The notes under the pieces: generated by a model
The model's input: only the letters and a program-made list of their open reading frames with translations
The model's database searches: none
Told to the model about the DNA's origin: nothing
In this document: one piece after another, positions 60,060-64,000 of the stretch
Layout of the letters: each line of letters opens with the position of its first letter
How positions within the stretch are numbered: position 1 is the stretch's first letter
Assembly (NCBI GenBank): GCA_963705275.1
Contig: OY970063.1
Coordinates: 196,974 to 260,973 of the forward strand
DNA: 64,000 bases
Source of the DNA: an uncultured delta proteobacterium
GTDB lineage: Bacteria; Desulfobacterota; Syntrophia; Syntrophales; UBA2185
Reading direction: 5' to 3'
Translations under genes and position numbers: made by a program

Positions 60060-61919
60060 ATGAGCAAGAAATTAAGAATATTAATCCTTGAAGATGTTCC
60101 TACGGACGCTGAATTAATGATAGAGGAGCTTGCGGAAGCGGGCATGAACTTTGATTCAAAGCGCGTTGCCACAAAGGCGTCCTTTACCAATGCGATTGCG
60201 GATTTTTCCCCGGACATCATTCTTTCCGATTATTCACTGCCCTCTTTTGACGGTCTTGCGGCGCTGAAGATTGCGAGGGAGAGGTGTCCTGATGTGCCCT
60301 TCATTTTTGTTTCCGGGGCCTTAGGGGAGGAGATGGCTATTGATCTTCTCAAGAAGGGTGCTACGGACTATGTATTGAAGAACAGGTTATCGCGTCTGGA
60401 GCCTGCGGTATCGCGTGCCCTGCATGAGGTTGATGAGCGGCGTGAGCGTGAGCGTGCGGAGCATGCGCTGAAGGAATCTGAGGTCAGATACCGGACGATA
60501 TTTGAGAATACGGGTACGGCCACTGTTATCGTTGAGGAAGATGCGACTATAGTATTAGCGAACAGGCAGTTTGAGAGACTGACGGGTTTTTCCAGGTCAG
60601 AGATTGAGGGGAAGAAGAAATGGACTGAGTTTGTGCTTGAAGATGATCTCCCGAAGGTGAATCACCTCAAGCGCGCAGGCGGTAAGCATTCCCGGACACC
60701 GTCTGACGGCCATGAATTCCGGATTGGAGATAACTGCGGGAATACCCTCAATGTCCTGGCAAATGTGGCGGCCATACCGTCAACAAGAAGAACCGTTATG
60801 TCTCTTCTTGATATTTCAAAGCTCAAGAAGGCGGAACGCGAGAGGCGCGAGGCATCGCTCTATGCTAGAAGCCTGATTGAGGCAGGCATCGATCCTTTGA
60901 TAACTATTAATGCAGAAGGTAAGATAATGGATGTCAACAGCGCGGCTGAGGCGACGACTGGTGTGCCGCGCGCCGATCTCATCGGGAGCGACTTTGCTGA
61001 TTATTTCACAGAGCCGCAAAAGGCTCAAGAAGTGTACCAGGAGGTGTTCTCAGAGGGTGTCGTTCGCGACTACACGTTGGCGATCCGGCACGTCTCCGGG
61101 CGAGTGACGGAAGTTCTGTACAATGCATCCCTGTATCATAATGAGGCCGGAGAAATACAGGGCGTGTTAGCTGTCGCGCGCGATATTACCGACAGGGTTG
61201 AAGCCGAAAAAAAGATTTTGGCCAGCAATGAAATGCTGAGATCGCTGACCACTGAACTCGTGATGACGGAGGAGCGCGAAAGAAGGCGCATTGCCGTAGA
61301 TCTCCATGACAACATCGGGCAAACGCTGGCTCTTACAAAAATTAAGGTTGATTCTGTTCTGGGTCTGGCATCTACGGACGGACTTAGGAAGCCGCTGGTA
61401 GAGATCGGAAATATGATTGATCAGTCTATTCAGCAAACGAGATCCCTGATGACGGACTTGAGTCCGCCGGTCCTCTATGAGCTGGGTTTGACCGCCGCAA
61501 TCCAGTGGCTCTGCGAACAAATTCAGGCCCAACACAGTCTCCAGATTCTTCTCATGAATGATTTTAAGGTCCGGGGGATCGAAGAGGAAATCCAACTTCT
61601 TCTTTTCAGAGCCACCAAGGAGCTGCTCACGAATGTTGTAAAACATGCGGGAGCAAAACAAGCCCACGTGACGATTCAGGATGTCGGCAATAGAGTCCGA
61701 ATCACCGTCAAAGATGACGGTATTGGTTTTGATGTATCTGGAATTGGGCAGGTAGCGAAACGTTCCGGGGGTTTTGGTCTGCTCAGTATACACGAGAGGG
61801 TAAAGTATCTTGGCGGTGTATTCGAAATTGAGACTAAAAAGGGCAGCGGTACTCGTGTATCACTCGTGGCACCGCGAAGAAGGAAAAACAGGAAGGGGGG
61901 AATAAGAAATGACCATTAG
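60060..61919 (+). CDS. Hybrid sensor histidine kinase: REC, PAS, PAS, HisKA_3, HATPase_c
   Basis: N-terminal receiver (ILILEDVPTD...ILSDYSLPSFDG), two PAS-like regions (SEVRYRTIFENTG... and ARSLIEAGIDPLITIN...), H-box RRIAVDLHDNIGQTLA, and G-box GGFGLLSIHERV. Confidence 0.9.
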   Translation: MSKKLRILILEDVPTDAELMIEELAEAGMNFDSKRVATKASFTNAIADFSPDIILSDYSLPSFDGLAALKIARERCPDVPFIFVSGALGEEMAIDLLKKGATDYVLKNRLSRLEPAVSRALHEVDERRERERAEHALKESEVRYRTIFENTGTATVIVEEDATIVLANRQFERLTGFSRSEIEGKKKWTEFVLEDDLPKVNHLKRAGGKHSRTPSDGHEFRIGDNCGNTLNVLANVAAIPSTRRTVMSLLDISKLKKAERERREASLYARSLIEAGIDPLITINAEGKIMDVNSAAEATTGVPRADLIGSDFADYFTEPQKAQEVYQEVFSEGVVRDYTLAIRHVSGRVTEVLYNASLYHNEAGEIQGVLAVARDITDRVEAEKKILASNEMLRSLTTELVMTEERERRRIAVDLHDNIGQTLALTKIKVDSVLGLASTDGLRKPLVEIGNMIDQSIQQTRSLMTDLSPPVLYELGLTAAIQWLCEQIQAQHSLQILLMNDFKVRGIEEEIQLLLFRATKELLTNVVKHAGAKQAHVTIQDVGNRVRITVKDDGIGFDVSGIGQVAKRSGGFGLLSIHERVKYLGGVFEIETKKGSGTRVSLVAPRRRKNRKGGIRNDH

Positions 61920-62562
61920 GGTTCTTCTTGCCGATGATCACAAGATTTTTCGAGATGGCCTGCGCACCTTGATCGAAAAAGAAGATGGAATGGAAGTTGT
62001 CGCTGAAGCGGAAAACGGCAGAAAAACGGTCAAGATTGCCGAGAAGTTGGCGCCCAACGTGGTTATCATGGACGTCACCATGCCTGATATGAACGGCATT
62101 GAGGCGACGAGAAAGATTGTGGCCTCCGCGTCCAACACGAAGGTGATTGCGTTGTCGATGCATTCGGACCGTCGTTTCGTCATCGGAATGCTGGAAGCCG
62201 GTGCATCCGGTTATCTCTTGAAGGATTGTGCTTTTGGTGAGCTTGCCAGCGCAATTCGTCAGGTCACTTCAGGAAATACCTATCTCAGCCCTAGGATCGC
62301 CGACGTTGTTGTTAAAGCGTATCTAAACAAAGCGCCCAATTCTACTCTCACAACACGCACGGTACTTACTTCACGGGAGCGTGAGATCCTGCAACTGCTT
62401 GCAGAGGGTCTGTCAGCCAAAGAGATTGCCGCACATTTGAATCTGAGCATCAAGACTGTCGAGACACATCGACGCAATATCATGGAGAAACTAAATATTC
62501 ATACCATTGCCGAGTTGACTAAATACGCCATTCGGGAAGGATTAGTCGCCCTCGAAACGTAG
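61909..62562 (+). CDS. NarL/FixJ (LuxR-type HTH) family response regulator
   Basis: Receiver (VLLADDHKIFRDGL...VIMDVTMPDMNG) plus LuxR-type HTH (LTSREREILQLLAEGLSAKEIAAHLNLSIKTVETHRRNIMEKL). It overlaps the kinase stop by 11 nt. Confidence 0.93.
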   Translation: MTIRVLLADDHKIFRDGLRTLIEKEDGMEVVAEAENGRKTVKIAEKLAPNVVIMDVTMPDMNGIEATRKIVASASNTKVIALSMHSDRRFVIGMLEAGASGYLLKDCAFGELASAIRQVTSGNTYLSPRIADVVVKAYLNKAPNSTLTTRTVLTSREREILQLLAEGLSAKEIAAHLNLSIKTVETHRRNIMEKLNIHTIAELTKYAIREGLVALET

Positions 62563-62733
62563 TAACGTTATCTGCCGCCCTGTCGAGCTTCAGCCGCTGG
62601 CAGGTTCGCTACAATGACATTTTTTGCATGACCGATCCATTTTTAGGAAAACCCTCGTGCATTCGCCCGCCCATTCAGATGAAGCGGTATAATCTATCTC
62701 GTCTCTCTATATAGAGATACGCAGAAAAAACTC

Positions 62734-62762
62734 TTGCAAATCAAACCGCGATGTTTTAGTAA
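62734..62762 (+). promoter_or_regulatory. Candidate sigma70 promoter for rpmB
   Basis: TTGCAA, 17-nt spacer, TAGTAA(T), about 30 nt upstream of the rpmB ATG (AGGAGA SD in between). Confidence 0.4.
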
Positions 62763-62792
62763 TCATCCACATTTTTATATAGGAGAGCAAAT

Positions 62793-62990
62793 ATGTCAAG
62801 AATCTGTGAAGTATGTGGGAAAAAGCCCATTGTAGGACACAACGTGAGCCATGCCAATAATAAGACAAAAAGAACTTGGTACCCCAACCTTCAAAAGTTA
62901 CGTTGTGTAGATAAGAAGACGGGTGCAATAAAACGCACAAAAGTTTGTGCAAGATGTATTCGTTCCGGTTTTATAAGAAAGGCTCTATAG
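62793..62990 (+). CDS. rpmB: 50S ribosomal protein L28
   Basis: 65 aa. [34 protein letters not shown] is the canonical L28 N-terminus. Confidence 0.95.
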   Translation: MSRICEVCGKKPIVGHNVSHANNKTKRTWYPNLQKLRCVDKKTGAIKRTKVCARCIRSGFIRKAL

Positions 62991-63055
62991 GGATGTATTA
63001 AACTGAAGCTTCCCGTTGCTGCGAAGTTTGGGCATAGGAACTCTGTTTCACAGCC

Positions 63056-63367
63056 TCACCGGAGCCCGTCATTAACATCATTATCAACCTCTTTTTTGAC
63101 TTTGCCTTTATTCAGAATACACGCCGCCTCGCTCACTAGATGCTTCTTGACCCATCCGTAAAACGATCTCAAGCAAATTGCCCCATCAGCTCTCACGAGG
63201 ATGCACGGCTGTCCCTCTTCCGGAGAAAAGGACCGTATTGATGTTGTCAAACACTCCCCGTGTGTCAGATCACTTTTTTCGTTAATGTCTTGTCTTCCCC
63301 GATGACCATCACTGGATTTGATGACCATGTGCATTTGATCAGGTGACGCGATCCTGCCAGCAATCAA
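63056..63367 (-). CDS. Hypothetical protein (103 aa, TTG start); weakly supported
   Basis: This is the only long ORF in the rpmB-recJ gap. It has no recognisable motif and no ATG start. The open frame extends upstream to 63415 without a better start. Confidence 0.35.
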   Translation of the reverse strand: MIAGRIASPDQMHMVIKSSDGHRGRQDINEKSDLTHGECLTTSIRSFSPEEGQPCILVRADGAICLRSFYGWVKKHLVSEAACILNKGKVKKEVDNDVNDGLR

Positions 63368-63374
63368 TCTTCCC

Positions 63375-63402
63375 TTGACATGGGCACCTATCTTGATATG
63401 AT
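63375..63402 (+). promoter_or_regulatory. Candidate sigma70 promoter for recJ
   Basis: TTGACA, 16-nt spacer, TATGAT, about 50 nt upstream of the recJ ATG. Confidence 0.45.
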
Positions 63403-63453
63403 CAATTAAAGATTTTCATATGTAACCGAAGGGGATCTGCGACTTCAATAACT

Positions 63454-64000
63454 ATGAAGCCAATAACTCTGCCTACAACACAGTGGCGGCTGTCAGAAGG
63501 TGATAGCGAGATACAGGATATGCTGGCGAGGGAGCTCTCGATTCACCGTATAGTCTCTCGTATACTTACCAGCCGCCGAATATTGACGCCGGACGACGCC
63601 AACAGATACCTGCATCCTTCCCTGAATAATCTGCACAACCCTCTCCTAATGAAGGACATGCAAAAGGGTATTCAGCGGGTGATCAGGGCCATCAGCAATC
63701 GCGAAAAAATAGTAATTTACGGCGACTATGATGCCGACGGTGTAACGTCTGTCGTTGTACTTCTGAAATTCCTCCGTGAGATCATTCATACAGTTTCATA
63801 CTACATCCCTGATCGCATTAAGGAAGGATATGGCTTAAACACCCCTGCCATTGACAGGATGAAAGCTGACGGTGTCACCCTCCTTATTACCGTCGATTGC
63901 GGCATCTCCGATCATGAGGAGATATCCTACGCCCGCGCCTACGGCATAGACACTATTATCTTGGATCACCATGAAGTCCCCCAAAGCCTTCCCGACGCCG
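63454..64000 (+). CDS. recJ: Single-stranded-DNA-specific exonuclease RecJ, 5' portion (continues beyond the window)
   Basis: My own translation from ATG 63454: MKPITLPTTQWRL...LHPSLNNLHNPLLMKDM...KIVIYGDYDADGVTS...LITVDCGIS...ILDHHEV. These are DHH-family motifs I-III. The frame is open to the window end, so it is absent from the ORF track. Confidence 0.9.
   Translation, partial: MKPITLPTTQWRLSEGDSEIQDMLARELSIHRIVSRILTSRRILTPDDANRYLHPSLNNLHNPLLMKDMQKGIQRVIRAISNREKIVIYGDYDADGVTSVVVLLKFLREIIHTVSYYIPDRIKEGYGLNTPAIDRMKADGVTLLITVDCGISDHEEISYARAYGIDTIILDHHEVPQSLPDA

Overview
This 64 kb window is dense, ordinary chromosomal core sequence. I found about 56 protein-coding genes, 4 tRNA genes (each with an encoded CCA end), and no rRNA, CRISPR array, IS element, transposase, integrase or prophage signature. 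The gene content suggests an anaerobic bacterium, possibly deltaproteobacterial (Thermodesulfobacteriota-like), but that placement is low confidence: indolepyruvate:ferredoxin oxidoreductase, several radical-SAM enzymes, an archaeal-type ApgM-like protein, and moderate GC. Plus-strand genes in order: miaA (partial), a frameshifted parvulin PPIase lipoprotein, gph, tilS, ftsH, folP, acpS, tsaE, lysC, comEA, tRNA-Pro, a gloB-like gene, tRNA-Leu, tig-clpP-clpX-lon, tRNA-Val, tRNA-Asp, a radical-SAM gene, corC, lnt, prfB, an mltD-like gene, dtd, a DUF1285 gene, guaB, dnaE, a UPF0280 gene, purM, purN, an FAD-oxidoreductase-like gene, frameshifted pfkA, a hybrid sensor kinase plus NarL-type regulator, rpmB and recJ (partial). 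Minus-strand genes: panB with a DUF2520 reductase-like gene; an SLT transglycosylase; a long co-directional run of B12-type radical SAM, secreted MORN protein, small membrane protein, two M16 peptidases, M20, phoH, 7TM-HD (PgpH-like) and ybeY; cbpA; a TPR protein; iorAB; a YfgM-like gene; ybgC; an ApgM-like gene; hom; and recG. I did not find a clear accessory or defence-type system. The items most worth follow-up are these. (1) A roughly 120-nt leader upstream of the DUF2520-panB operon holds a hairpin interrupted by two bulged adenosines, then an intrinsic terminator, which fits the description of the orphan 'pan' RNA motif. (2) The radical-SAM / MORN / small membrane / M16-M16 / M20 gene run has no assigned function. 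(3) A radical-SAM protein carries a non-canonical CX4CX2C cluster motif. (4) An ApgM-like gene sits next to hom and is a candidate non-canonical homoserine kinase. (5) There are several recoding or defect signals: the programmed +1 frameshift in prfB, two single-base frame disruptions (PPIase and pfkA), and a phoH N-terminus with no canonical start codon. All functional calls rest on motif recognition in the supplied translations. No database searches were run.
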